A stretch of 64,000 bases of DNA from Candidatus Melainabacteria bacterium 17Bon1m (GCA_032128875.1 JAVLKG010000003.1:129008-193007), one strand, 5' to 3'; positions 1 to 10,201 are shown, numbered from the stretch's first letter. Translations and numbers: made by a program. The notes: a model not told the origin generated them from the letters alone.

Positions 1-2
1 CT

Positions 3-548
3 GTGTGTTTTTTTAGCTCGGAAGATGATGGGTATGTCGTTGCTTCTCCCCTGTTTGAAAATGTGATTGGGGTTGGTGATACTCCGGAGGACGCAAGGAA
101 AACATACAACGAACTTTTAGACATAGGTTATAGGGAGCTTGAACGAGACAATGTTGTGGGCTACAAGCGGGGACGACCAGCAAAGGGCAATGTGAATTTG
201 CATTGCCAGGTGAAGCCAGACACCCACAGCGAAATAGCAAGGTTGACTGAAAAGCTAGGCGGCATTAGTCAAGGCGAAGTGATCGAGTTTTTGCTCTTCT
301 TCTACAACAACATTTCTGGTGAGGTTGTGGAGAAAGCGCTATCTACAAAGGTCGCAGTTCTGGGAGACAGAGTTGATCTTTTAGAGTCAGTAGTCAGCGA
401 GTTGAAAGCCACTTATAGCAGTGTGACTAATGGCAAAACTGGAGTTGTGGGTGACCGTAATCTTATTAGTGAAGAGAACAACAGAAAAGTGAAGGCGAAA
501 GGAGCTCAGGTTCGTGTTACAAAAAAACGACCTGCAATTCAGAAGTGA
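3..548 (+). CDS. HicB-like antitoxin with C-terminal ribbon-helix-helix-like region (5' end may lie outside the window)
   Basis: N-terminal 'FSSEDDGYVVASPLFENVIGVGDTPEDA' fits the HicB fold pattern; 'RGRPAKGNVNLHCQVKPDTHSEIARL...SQGEVIEFLL' is RHH-like. Confidence 0.6.
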   Translation: MCFFSSEDDGYVVASPLFENVIGVGDTPEDARKTYNELLDIGYRELERDNVVGYKRGRPAKGNVNLHCQVKPDTHSEIARLTEKLGGISQGEVIEFLLFFYNNISGEVVEKALSTKVAVLGDRVDLLESVVSELKATYSSVTNGKTGVVGDRNLISEENNRKVKAKGAQVRVTKKRPAIQK

Positions 549-583
549 CGTTCAGCTTCGTATGGTGTGTGCCTGTACCGCGA

Positions 584-2014
584 TCACATAAGTATGCCCT
601 GGAACGGAGCAGCAGCCATTCTCAAAAGCACGTTTGTTGTTGACGCTTGCAGCGATTCACGTGCGTGCTCAGGGTGTTCTGCTCGATAGGATGCGAATCC
701 GCGATCCATGAAGCGCACGTCTTCCGGATCATCACCTTGCGTTCCTGTGCCGCCGTAGCCCAAGAAGCCAGGGTGACCCCAGCGCGGATCGGGACTGTAT
801 TGGAAACGACCGGCTTGCTCGCGCAGGTATTGTTCGCTAAATCCTGATGCACGTCCGAGATAGCCGTATTGCCAGTTCCCGTAGGCTTCGTATTCCATAT
901 TGGTCACATTGTTGCCTTGTCCGGTGGTCTTCGGATCCCAGTCTCCACCATCGAATAGGCTTCTCATCTGTAGAGAAACAGCGGCGCTGCCGGCAACTGG
1001 GGCGAATTCCGTTTGGGTTCTAAAGCTCGCTGCGCGATCCAGATTTCTCTGCATGTCCAGGTTCGCTGGAACTTCGCTAATCATTTGCGTTCTCAAAGCC
1101 GCTCTGACTTGGTCAGAACTTGCATCAAGTCGATTGCCGGCTGCGTCGGTTACAACGCGCGAGTCTGCTGTTTTTCCTGATGTCACTGTCATACCGTTGT
1201 TAAGCTCGCGTCGAGCGAATTGGGGTGAGTCCGGCTGGTCATAATTGTTGACGAGGACATTGCCACTTCTGTCCGCATTGACCGTATAATTGCGACCAAG
1301 CTCTCGGCCATTGCGATCTACAGCGGAGTAAAGGGGCTTGCCGTCGCTGTTGCGTTGATTGTTGAAGGAGTAGGTAACGCCGGAGCCATCGGTGTAACTG
1401 CGCACCATTGCACCGTTCTCATTGCGTTCCAATATTAGGTTCCGGCTTCGGCCTCCGCGATCTTCGATGGAAATGTTTTCTAAGTTTCCCTCAATTCGGC
1501 GAGTAGTCTTGCCGCCATTAACTGCTGCATAATCAGTGGTTTCAGTGCCATCTGCAGTTGTGGTTCGCACTATGCCGGTCTCACGATCCTTCATGCGGAC
1601 AGCGCCATTTTGGTCGAATCGAAGCATTACCCCTTCAGTCTGTGCGGGGTTTCTCGCATTGGAATAGTGGTCGCCACGGCGAGTGTATTCATTTCCATTG
1701 ATGTCGACAAAGCGAGTTATGTCATTGCCGCTGCGCTCTATCGTCGGTCTCGCTATTCTGTCATGAGACTGAAATCTTTCAAGAAGAAATGTTTGGGCGA
1801 TTCGACTTTCTTGTAAGAGCGAGTCGAAAAGCTCAAAACGAGGCAAATGTTGCGCGCTTAGGTTTGCCTCGCGTATTTCGGTGTTCCGCAGCAAGCTGTT
1901 GTGCGAGCTCGTCGCCTGGGCAAGCTCCTGCCACCAGGCATTGGTGTTGTCGTCGCGGGAATTATCGGGACGAACACTTTCGTGCCGCTCGCGTTGGGAG
2001 TCTCTTTCAACCAT
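584..2014 (-). CDS. Polymorphic toxin with C-terminal Ntox44 (bacterial toxin 44) domain
   Basis: C-terminal WDPK (DxK), YGNWQYG (GNxxxG) and DDPED (DxxxD) motifs characteristic of Ntox44; beta-rich repetitive middle region. Confidence 0.75.
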   Translation of the reverse strand: MVERDSQRERHESVRPDNSRDDNTNAWWQELAQATSSHNSLLRNTEIREANLSAQHLPRFELFDSLLQESRIAQTFLLERFQSHDRIARPTIERSGNDITRFVDINGNEYTRRGDHYSNARNPAQTEGVMLRFDQNGAVRMKDRETGIVRTTTADGTETTDYAAVNGGKTTRRIEGNLENISIEDRGGRSRNLILERNENGAMVRSYTDGSGVTYSFNNQRNSDGKPLYSAVDRNGRELGRNYTVNADRSGNVLVNNYDQPDSPQFARRELNNGMTVTSGKTADSRVVTDAAGNRLDASSDQVRAALRTQMISEVPANLDMQRNLDRAASFRTQTEFAPVAGSAAVSLQMRSLFDGGDWDPKTTGQGNNVTNMEYEAYGNWQYGYLGRASGFSEQYLREQAGRFQYSPDPRWGHPGFLGYGGTGTQGDDPEDVRFMDRGFASYRAEHPEHARESLQASTTNVLLRMAAAPFQGILM

Positions 2015-2153
2015 TTTGGTAAGTTTCGAACGAGTAGGAGCGATGGAAATTGCCTACATCGTATGGAACAAGTTGGAAATATTGCGGGAGAACGTCTTCA
2101 CAGCGGTCGACGCCATGCGTCGACCCTACAGGAGCTTAGCGGCAGAACAGTAC

Positions 2154-3026
2154 TTAGCGTTTAATTACTTCGACCGAGCACTCGGAGCGTTCGGCAATTG
2201 CTTCGGATACGCTGCCGATGAGCATTCTGTCCACCCAGCCTTTGCCTTTGCAGCCGCTTACGATAAGGTCTGCGTTGAATTTCTTTGCGCCGTCAACGAC
2301 AACATCACGCGGATCGCCTTGCAAGATTTCAAACTCAACCGAGGCTTTAGGTAGTTTCGTCCGGAGCAGCTCGCAGACTTGCTTTAAGTGCACTTCGGCG
2401 TCGGCGATTTGCTTGTTTCTGAACGTCTCCAGCGCCTGTATTTCGTGCGTGTCTTGCGCTTCGTTCATGTATTCTGCAAGGCTGGGAATGGCTGTTGTGC
2501 ACTTAATGTGCGTCCCTTCTTTCCATGGACGCGAGCCGATTCTCTCGACGACGTGGTCGGAAAATGGGGAATCGTCGAGGGCGAGATAAACCCTTGTTTC
2601 TCCTTCCTTTGCTTGCTTGTTATTTCTCACGACTCTGACCGAGCAAGTTGCTGTGACAACCAGTGAATGTGAAACTGAGCCCATCATCACCTTCTTGATG
2701 CCTCTCAGTCCACGGGAGCCGACGATGAGCAAGTCTGCCGGCCAGCGTTCGGCATATTGCAGAATTTCTGATTTCGGGTTGCCCTGGCTTACTGTGCCGA
2801 TGATGTGCGCGCCTTGCGGCATTTTTTCTTTTAAAATTCCCACTGCATGGTCGACTACTGTTTGCGCCGAAGCAAGCATTCTTTGCACCGTAGGCGGTGG
2901 CGAAAACGAAGTGTCTACTACGCTGAGAATCTGAAAGGACGCATTGTCAGGCCAGGGTGAGCGAAGTGTTTCATTTATCGCGGCTTCGGAATGTTCGGAC
3001 CCATCACAGGCGAGCAGGATTTTCAT
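2154..3026 (-). CDS. Universal stress protein, two tandem USP domains
   Basis: 'MKILLACDGSEHS', 'ADLLIVGSRG...MGSVSHSLV', second 'ADLIVSGCKG...IGSVSEAIA'. Confidence 0.93.
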   Translation of the reverse strand: MKILLACDGSEHSEAAINETLRSPWPDNASFQILSVVDTSFSPPPTVQRMLASAQTVVDHAVGILKEKMPQGAHIIGTVSQGNPKSEILQYAERWPADLLIVGSRGLRGIKKVMMGSVSHSLVVTATCSVRVVRNNKQAKEGETRVYLALDDSPFSDHVVERIGSRPWKEGTHIKCTTAIPSLAEYMNEAQDTHEIQALETFRNKQIADAEVHLKQVCELLRTKLPKASVEFEILQGDPRDVVVDGAKKFNADLIVSGCKGKGWVDRMLIGSVSEAIAERSECSVEVIKR

Positions 3027-3112
3027 TTCAAACCTCGATGAAGTTGCGGATCAGAACCATTAGGTCGGCGAAAATGGAAGTTGTAAGGGCGTTTTCGAAC
3101 TGCGGTGCGCAG

Positions 3113-4768
3113 CTATGTGGTTTGCGGCTGTGGTGCTGGTGTCATTCTGTACATCAGCGCTGTCGCGTCCGGACCGCAGCTCTTGAATTGTTCCAGCCCC
3201 TCAATCTCGAAAACCTTACCTGCGCGCTGCATGTCATCTCTGATTGTTGCCAGGTAGAGCCTGGTGGAGTGGTCTATTAATCCCAGCGAGGGCATGCAAT
3301 GCACAACGACCCTTTTCACGTGCTCTGGAATTGTATCGAGAATGGTGCGGGCTTTTAAAGAGTTGAAACAATGAAAAGTGTCTCCGACGTAGACGTCCAT
3401 GACATCGCCTTCGATTTCGGTTTTTTGAATCGGAGAACGCGCCAGCGCGCCCATACTTAAGCCTGCCTTTTTGGCGTAATACAGAAGGACAAATGCTTCG
3501 AGGAGCATTCCTGCGCTAATGCCGAGCATGAGGTCTGAGATTAGCGTCACGAAGATGGTGACTGAGAAAATCGCCAGGTCGGCTCCGCCCAGCTTGATCA
3601 TGCTGCGCCATTTGTGGACGCCTGCCAGTTTGTAGCCAATATGCATGAGAACGGCGGCGAGTGCAGCAACCGGAATCATGCGGATAATGTTGCCTGCAAA
3701 CAGGAGAAAACCGATGAGAAATAGAGCGTTGTAGAAGTTGACCCAAGCGGTTCTGCCGCCGGAAACAATGCAGGTAGTGCTTTTGATTATGCCGGGGATG
3801 ATAGTGAGGCCCCCGACCAGGCTGGAGCAAATGTTGGAGACGCCCATGGCAAATAGGGTTCTGTCCGGATCGGACTTTCGGTGAAAAGGATCGATTCGAT
3901 CTACAGCTTGCACGGTCGCCAACGATTCTGTGCCGTCGACAAATGTGAGCATGAAAATGAAGAGGATGACTTGAGGCAGCATGGGCAGCGCTTTTAATAA
4001 GTCCTGAAAGTCGGGGAAGGCAAAACCATGCTCGATCAAATTGTCAGGGATCTTGACGAGAAATTGCGGCTCCAAGTGATAGAGATGCCCTAAAACTGCA
4101 CCTACTGCTACAACCGTGAGCTGCGGCGGAATGTACTTGAGTGGTCCGCGCCTTAATGAAGTTAGTTGGAAAAGCAAGAGTAGGCAAATTACGCCAATTG
4201 AGAATACGCTCGGATTGAGGTGATTGGCGATTTCAGCTGGTGTTTCGAAAATTACTGGAAAGAAGTCGTGTGCGAGGAATTTGCTGCCGACGAAGTTTGG
4301 GATTTGTTTGGAAAACAATAGAAAGCCGATCGCGGCGAGCATTCCGTGAATCGCAGCCATTGGGAACATGCGGCTGAACTTGGCTGCTTTTAGCCAGGTC
4401 AAAATTATCTGAGTAACGCCAGCAAGCATGATTACACAAAGCACGACATGGTAGCCGCGCTCCATGTCACCTTTGCCAAGGTCAGTGATCGCTGTGAAAA
4501 GGACAGGCGCAAGACCTGCGGCGGGACCGCAGATAGAGACGTAGGAGCCGCCCAGGAATGGAAAGATGAGCCCGGCGATGATTTCTGAGGTAAGCCCGCA
4601 AATTGGCGGTGCTCCGGAGGCGAGGGCGATGCCGAGTGAGAGCGGCACGCTGACGAGGGCGACGACGAGCGCGGCCAGAACGTCATGCCGCCAATGCTTC
4701 AAGCCCGCCAAGCCGTTTTGTGGTGGCGCCTGATAAAGCGGCGGCCGCACTTTACTTGCTGTTTCCAT
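3113..4768 (-). CDS. SulP/SLC26 family anion (sulfate/bicarbonate) transporter with STAS-like C-terminus
   Basis: 'DVLAALVVALVSVPLSLGIALASGAPP', 'GPAAGL', multiple TM helices, C-terminal soluble domain. Confidence 0.92.
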   Translation of the reverse strand: METASKVRPPLYQAPPQNGLAGLKHWRHDVLAALVVALVSVPLSLGIALASGAPPICGLTSEIIAGLIFPFLGGSYVSICGPAAGLAPVLFTAITDLGKGDMERGYHVVLCVIMLAGVTQIILTWLKAAKFSRMFPMAAIHGMLAAIGFLLFSKQIPNFVGSKFLAHDFFPVIFETPAEIANHLNPSVFSIGVICLLLLFQLTSLRRGPLKYIPPQLTVVAVGAVLGHLYHLEPQFLVKIPDNLIEHGFAFPDFQDLLKALPMLPQVILFIFMLTFVDGTESLATVQAVDRIDPFHRKSDPDRTLFAMGVSNICSSLVGGLTIIPGIIKSTTCIVSGGRTAWVNFYNALFLIGFLLFAGNIIRMIPVAALAAVLMHIGYKLAGVHKWRSMIKLGGADLAIFSVTIFVTLISDLMLGISAGMLLEAFVLLYYAKKAGLSMGALARSPIQKTEIEGDVMDVYVGDTFHCFNSLKARTILDTIPEHVKRVVVHCMPSLGLIDHSTRLYLATIRDDMQRAGKVFEIEGLEQFKSCGPDATALMYRMTPAPQPQTT

Positions 4769-4974
4769 GAATAGTCTTCCCGGGGTGCTTTAGAACGTGC
4801 ATTAATTTGTGCCAGACGTGCATTGGTACGGACGAATGAGGCTAATGTCCTCGTCCAATCTTGGCGGCTATGAAGTTCGTTTCGGAGATTCGGTCTATCC
4901 TGAAACCAGCCAGGGCCTAAGGAGATGCTAGCAATCAGATGTGATCGCCCGGTGATCGGTTCATCAAGACGATA

Positions 4975-5658
4975 TCAATTTTCCGGGCTTGTGTTGAGTC
5001 GATAGCCTTGTCCATGGACATTGACTATGATTTCCGGCTCGTTTTCGTCGTGCAACTTCTTCCTGAGCGTTTTAATATGAGCGCGAACAGTATCCTCCGA
5101 GGCATCCGGGGAGTCCGTCCACAGAGTGCGTAGTTGATCGAGAGAGAAAATGCGTTCGGGGTTCTTCAAAAACATCGTAAGCAAGCCGATTTCCTTTTTG
5201 CTTAGCTTCACTTCGCTGCCGGATTTCTTCACAGTGAGAGTGGCAGGATCAAACTCGATATTCGCGCAACGGAGTACTTTCTCTGTCGTCGGCTTGGCTG
5301 CTCGGCGCAGTAGAGCTCGGACTCGCGCCAATAGTTCGCGTGTGAAAAATGGCTTGCCTAGATAGTCGTCGGCTCCGGCATCCAGTCCGGTGTGAATGTC
5401 CTCTGATTTTGTTTTCCCTGTGAGCATTAGCACTAGTGCTGTCCCGCCCGCTTTTCGATATTCTTTGCAGATTTCCACTCCAGGCATGGATGGCAACATC
5501 CAGTCGCAAATGATCAAATCGTATGAGTAGGAAAGCATGCGGTGCAGCCCGTCTTTCCCGTCGTGCGCCTCTTCCGTCGTATGATTTTCGGAACGCAGCG
5601 CTTGTGAGACCAGTTTGCAATGGTCTTCATCGTCTTCAATGATTAGAATCTTTGCCAT
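4975..5658 (-). CDS. OmpR/PhoB-family response regulator
   Basis: REC domain (IEDD, DWMLP, GADDYLGKPF) plus winged helix (VRAHIKTLRKKL, VHGQGYR). Confidence 0.95.
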   Translation of the reverse strand: MAKILIIEDDEDHCKLVSQALRSENHTTEEAHDGKDGLHRMLSYSYDLIICDWMLPSMPGVEICKEYRKAGGTALVLMLTGKTKSEDIHTGLDAGADDYLGKPFFTRELLARVRALLRRAAKPTTEKVLRCANIEFDPATLTVKKSGSEVKLSKKEIGLLTMFLKNPERIFSLDQLRTLWTDSPDASEDTVRAHIKTLRKKLHDENEPEIIVNVHGQGYRLNTSPEN

Positions 5659-5676
5659 GGGATTAGTTCGCTACAA

Positions 5677-6351
5677 TCAGCCTGTAAACCTGTATCCGAA
5701 GCCATGCACATTTTGAATCAGTGACTCTTCCTCGGGACTGTCGAGTTTTCTGCGCAGGTTTTTTATGTGAGTTCGAACGGTGTCCGGCGCAGCTTCTTCT
5801 TCTGCTACCCATACGTGATTCAGCAAATCATCGAGGCTGAAGACGCGATCTTTGTTGCGCATGAAAAATTCCAGCAGGGCAAATTCTTTTACTGTTAGTT
5901 CAATTGCTGCACCATATTTGGTGACCGAACGTTTTCCTTCGTCGAGTACAAGACCCTTGGTTTTCATAACCTGAGCTTGCAAAGGTCTTTGTGCTCGCCC
6001 GACAAGCGATCGGACTCTCAATGTTAGCTCTTTCAAGTGAAAGGGTTTCGTCAAATAGTCGTCTGCCCCGGAATCAAGCCCCTGGACTTTCTCTGCGGGC
6101 AATGAGCGGCCCGTCAACATGAGGATGGCGGCATTTTCGCCTGATTGTCTTAGCTCTGTGCAAAAGTCGACACCAGTGCCGTCGGGAAGGCCCCAATCCA
6201 GTACGATAAGGTCGAATTTTCTATCTTTCAGAGACCGACGCGCGTCGGCGATAGTTGAGCAACTTGTGACTTCGTGTCCCTCGTGCTCAATGGCTCGCTG
6301 AATCTCGGATAGTAACGTTTCGTCGTCTTCTACAAGCAATATGTTAGGCAT
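5677..6351 (-). CDS. OmpR/PhoB-family response regulator
   Basis: VEDD, DWGLPD, GADDYLTKPF, VRTHIKNLRRKL, VHGFGYR. Confidence 0.95.
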   Translation of the reverse strand: MPNILLVEDDETLLSEIQRAIEHEGHEVTSCSTIADARRSLKDRKFDLIVLDWGLPDGTGVDFCTELRQSGENAAILMLTGRSLPAEKVQGLDSGADDYLTKPFHLKELTLRVRSLVGRAQRPLQAQVMKTKGLVLDEGKRSVTKYGAAIELTVKEFALLEFFMRNKDRVFSLDDLLNHVWVAEEEAAPDTVRTHIKNLRRKLDSPEEESLIQNVHGFGYRFTG

Positions 6352-6428
6352 GGCTCGGTGTTTAAGATTTCGGCAATTTGCCTATTCTCGCACACCTGCC
6401 ATGCCCTCCATTTTCTCCCCAAAGCTTG

Positions 6429-6920
6429 TTAATAATTGAAAGTCTTCGCCAGCGAGTTCCAGGCGCGGTCGTACCAGTGTTCTTCTTGTTCTTGCTGGGC
6501 TACGTACGCGGCTTTCTTCTGGGCGACTTTGTCCTCAAATGCCTCATCTTGCTGGACTCCGAAATCCAGTACTCCATCTTCCTTGTCATGGGCTTTGGCT
6601 GCAGCTAGTTTCGCATCGATAACTGCTTGCTCTTCCTTCTTTTGAATGATTGCCTGTTCTTCCTTTTTCGCGATTATCGCTTGTTCTTCCTTTTGTTGAA
6701 CTATGGCAGCGGCCTGTTTTTCTTTGACTGCTGACCCGGCAAGAAGGTGACCTTCTTCATCGGTGAGCTGCATGGTGCCGAGTTGTTGACTTGCTGTATC
6801 AGTCGCATTCATTTTTTTCAGGTAGACGGCTCTAGACTCTTCCGGAGTCATTGCGCTGAAATTTGCAGAATCTTCTTTTGCTAGAACATTTTTCTTTTCA
6901 ATAATTTCGAGATTGTTCAT
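6429..6920 (-). CDS. Hypothetical protein with (K/Q)KEEQA(I/V)I repeats
   Basis: ATG at 6920 preceded by AGGAG; three to four 9-aa repeats; lies between kinase and regulators on the same strand. Confidence 0.7.
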   Translation of the reverse strand: MNNLEIIEKKNVLAKEDSANFSAMTPEESRAVYLKKMNATDTASQQLGTMQLTDEEGHLLAGSAVKEKQAAAIVQQKEEQAIIAKKEEQAIIQKKEEQAVIDAKLAAAKAHDKEDGVLDFGVQQDEAFEDKVAQKKAAYVAQQEQEEHWYDRAWNSLAKTFNY

Positions 6921-7026
6921 GAAGGCTCCTTCTGCCAAGCAACGCAATAAGCAGGCTGAATGCTCATTGCATTGCCGACAGTTAGTAAATTGGAAGGGGG
7001 CGGGTGGGTTGCCTTGTGCTTACAAA

Positions 7027-8571
7027 TTACGCAGAGTTTGGGAAATTTTCCGGGAGTGTCTCTGGGTTGGTTGTCTGTGTATTTTTCTCGCCTTGCCTGG
7101 GAATCCAAAACCAAAACTTGCTGCCCTTTCCGGTTTCGCTTTCGACTCCAATTCGTCCACCGTGCGCCTCTACAAAGACCTTGGCGATGGAGAGCCCGAG
7201 CCCTGAACCTTTCTTCTTTCGGGAGTCATCCTTTTCCACCTGGTGAAAGCGATCGAAGATTTTCTTTCTTTGTTCTTTCGGCACGCCGCGCCCTTCATCT
7301 ATTACTTCAAAATCGACTTTATGTCCTTCGGGTTTTGCAACTATAGTTATCGTGCTGTCTGCCGGTGAAAATTTGATGGCGTTAGTCACCAGGTTGGTGA
7401 TCACCCGCAAAATCCTGATGCGGTCCCCGTACACCTTATCTGCCGAACACTCGATCTTGATTTCGATTCCGGCTCGATCTGCCATTGCTTCCACGACATC
7501 GGCGACCTCGTCCAGCATGTCACGAATGTCAAACTCTTCCATTTGCAGCTTGATGCCCTGACTTTCTGCTGTTTCAAGATCGAGCAAATCAGTAATTAGA
7601 TTCATCAACATATTAATGCTGCGTTCTGCACTGTTTAGCGTGGGCATTGCTTCGTCCGGAAGTTCGCATACGATGCCGGATGCTAATGAATCGATGGCCA
7701 GCACGAGTGAGGAAAGAGGTGTGCGCATGTCGTGCGTAATCATATGGAAAAAATCTTGCTTCAACTGTTGCAGCTTTTCCTTTTCGACTTCTGCACCTTC
7801 GACGTACTCAGCCATTTCGTGGAAGATTCGGTCGAGCTGCGCGAGTTCGTCATTGCGCGACGTTGGAGGCAGGAGCGGTTCTTTGCGTGCGAAACGCAAA
7901 GTGTTTTCCATTAGATGGCTGATGCCGCTGTGTATGCCGCGAATGAAGTAGGTAAAAAGCAATGCGGCCAAGAGAATGCTGATGATGACGCCTGATATGG
8001 TCACGATCATGATCATATTGCGCGCTTCGCTAATTGCTTGTTTTTCTTGCTCTGCGCGCCGTTGCCAGGGTTCTCTGAATGCAACCATGTCGTCGCCCAG
8101 ATATTTGATCATCATTTGTAAGTGGTGAAACTGCACAAGATTGCCGCGCAGACCAGCGATGCCACCTTCAGATAGCGTGGGGTTTTCAAAGTTTTGGCAG
8201 AGGTTGAGTAGAGCATTGGCGCGTGTGCGCATGCGAAGCAGTTTTGGAAGATGCGAGGGATCGTCTTTCTCTAGAAGCTTGGCTAGCGCGTGGTGTTCTA
8301 CGTCTATTTTGCTGATGTGAAATCTGGTGTGCAGATCTTTGTTAGGAAAAACTCTCGTTCCGAAATAACCAACGGTTAGATCCATCACTGCAAGCCACAT
8401 TTCATTGGTGTGCATGATGATTTCATTGGTGTGAATTTGCGTTTGCAGCTTCTTTTCGTAGTCTTGTTGCAAGACGAAAAGAGTGCCTGCGAAGGCGAGT
8501 TCAAACAAGAGCGGCACAGAAATCAGAATGAGACCGCTAGAAAAAATTGTTGGTCTCAAGCTCAATTTCAT
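7027..8571 (-). CDS. Membrane sensor histidine kinase (2 TM, HAMP, HisKA, HATPase)
   Basis: H-box 'THDMRTPL', N-box 'NLVTNAIKF', 'DEGRG', 'GSGLGL'. Confidence 0.95.
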   Translation of the reverse strand: MKLSLRPTIFSSGLILISVPLLFELAFAGTLFVLQQDYEKKLQTQIHTNEIIMHTNEMWLAVMDLTVGYFGTRVFPNKDLHTRFHISKIDVEHHALAKLLEKDDPSHLPKLLRMRTRANALLNLCQNFENPTLSEGGIAGLRGNLVQFHHLQMMIKYLGDDMVAFREPWQRRAEQEKQAISEARNMIMIVTISGVIISILLAALLFTYFIRGIHSGISHLMENTLRFARKEPLLPPTSRNDELAQLDRIFHEMAEYVEGAEVEKEKLQQLKQDFFHMITHDMRTPLSSLVLAIDSLASGIVCELPDEAMPTLNSAERSINMLMNLITDLLDLETAESQGIKLQMEEFDIRDMLDEVADVVEAMADRAGIEIKIECSADKVYGDRIRILRVITNLVTNAIKFSPADSTITIVAKPEGHKVDFEVIDEGRGVPKEQRKKIFDRFHQVEKDDSRKKKGSGLGLSIAKVFVEAHGGRIGVESETGKGSKFWFWIPRQGEKNTQTTNPETLPENFPNSA

Positions 8572-8603
8572 GTTGAGTAAAAATCCGGTGGTTGCCGCGT
8601 TGG

Positions 8604-8638
8604 GAATTCTTTTGAATTTTGTTGAATTGGTCTGAATT
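8604..8638. promoter_or_regulatory. Four GAATT direct repeats with exact 10-bp period upstream of the kinase
   Basis: GAATT at 8604, 8614, 8624, 8634. Confidence 0.4.
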
Positions 8639-8827
8639 CGTTAGAGCTTGTTTCGATGCTTTTGGTTTTGCTACTGTCGAACTGTTTCTAATCCTTTTGT
8701 CCTTTTGCGATTTTAGCTCAGCTTGCTAATGCTTTCGGCTCTGAGCAATTGAACTTTTTTTCCGCGGTTAACGTCTAAAAATAATGGATATAAGTTTTGG
8801 TAGGACGTTTTCCCTCGAGGGCAGTTT

Positions 8828-9256
8828 ATGAAGGCACAAAAGTTGTCCGTGCTATGTGCGGTCTCGTCTGCACTTTTGATTCTGGTAGAGGCGATGGCGT
8901 TTGGCGGAGCCGGAGCGGCATATGCGCAGAACGCGCCGCAGCCGATGGCTGGCAATGCAGCTGGTAATTCATCTGCCTATGGAGACCTGGGCACTAGAAG
9001 AGGTGGGCGCAAGAGGCACCGCAAACATCGCAGAGGGCATCACCGCGGGCGGCATCAAGGGCGGGGGCACCGTAGAGGCGCACAGGACGGCGCTTGGCAG
9101 AATCACAACCCGTGGGGCAATTCTCAGGGCGGTATGGGCGCAGGGCAAGGACAGGGAAGACGTCATCGTCGGCACCGCGGCGGCCGCAGGCGGCAAGCGA
9201 TGCAGATGAATGGCGGGGGGCAAAACATTCAGCCTGGAGGACAGTTTGGCCGGTAA
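8828..9256 (+). CDS. Secreted Gly/Arg/His-rich low-complexity protein
   Basis: Signal-peptide-like N-terminus; RHRKHRRGHHRGRH tracts. Confidence 0.7.
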   Translation: MKAQKLSVLCAVSSALLILVEAMAFGGAGAAYAQNAPQPMAGNAAGNSSAYGDLGTRRGGRKRHRKHRRGHHRGRHQGRGHRRGAQDGAWQNHNPWGNSQGGMGAGQGQGRRHRRHRGGRRRQAMQMNGGGQNIQPGGQFGR

Positions 9257-9280
9257 GTTTGCTGGCGAAGCGCTAAACTC

Positions 9281-10201
9281 TTGCGTCATATGGGCATCTC
9301 AAAAATCGATTTAAAGATACGACCGGTGCGTTCTGGCTTCAGTCTTGCCATGGCAGTCTGCGTGTTGCTGCCTGCGCTAGTGCAATCGCAGCCTGTTTCG
9401 TGGCCGAAAAAAGACTCTCCATTTGCCCCCAGGCAGATGCCTGGCGCGCCATATGGCACACCTAGAGAGGAAGAGGATGTAGCGGAGCCTTCTTTGGATA
9501 CGCCGGCTCCCGGCAAGCCCTTTTTCGAGAAGCCTGCGCGTGCACCTTCTTCGACTATAAAGCTTCAGGCGGGCATTTCCCACAGTGAAGCGCTTGCTCC
9601 TGTCCCTCGCGCTCAGCGCCCAGGTAAAGTCTTCCGGGCAGAGGCGTCCCATGCTCCTGCGATGCAGCGAGTCAAACGCTTCAAAATACCCGATTGGATG
9701 GCAGGTGTCTGGCAGCGGTCTGATGCAAGAGAACTTTCCAGAATTGAGCTTCCCAGCGGCAAGAAGCTGCCACCTGTAGGCACTCAAGTCGCTCGCGTGA
9801 GAGATGTTTTTGGTAGCTATCGTGATGCAAACGGTCAGGTGTGGCAAATCTTCAATCCGTTGAAAGCTGCCGGGCAGGTCGACCGTGGTGTTTCGATGGA
9901 TTATCATCGAGTCCATGGTTACGACCTGGTAATCACCGGGCCAAGAAGTGTAGTCGTTGAAGTCCAGGCGACTCACACCATGGTGAGCAAGGCAAATCGC
10001 CGCATTGCAAAGGTTTATCAGGACGAAGAACTGAATAAGTACACGCTTCTTCCTGATGGCAGGCTGTTGACTGATAGTTCTGTCAAAGCTTTTGACATGA
10101 ATGGAAAGCCCTTTTTGCTTACTAGAACCACATCTTCGGAAATTCGAGTGCCGCCAAAGAATTGGCCGCCGCGCCTAAATAGCGCGTCGCCAAGCCATTA
10201 G
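9281..10201 (+). CDS. Hypothetical exported protein
   Basis: 306-aa ORF; hydrophobic N-terminal segment, Pro-rich linker, beta-rich C-terminal domain. Confidence 0.7.
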   Translation: MRHMGISKIDLKIRPVRSGFSLAMAVCVLLPALVQSQPVSWPKKDSPFAPRQMPGAPYGTPREEEDVAEPSLDTPAPGKPFFEKPARAPSSTIKLQAGISHSEALAPVPRAQRPGKVFRAEASHAPAMQRVKRFKIPDWMAGVWQRSDARELSRIELPSGKKLPPVGTQVARVRDVFGSYRDANGQVWQIFNPLKAAGQVDRGVSMDYHRVHGYDLVITGPRSVVVEVQATHTMVSKANRRIAKVYQDEELNKYTLLPDGRLLTDSSVKAFDMNGKPFLLTRTTSSEIRVPPKNWPPRLNSASPSH

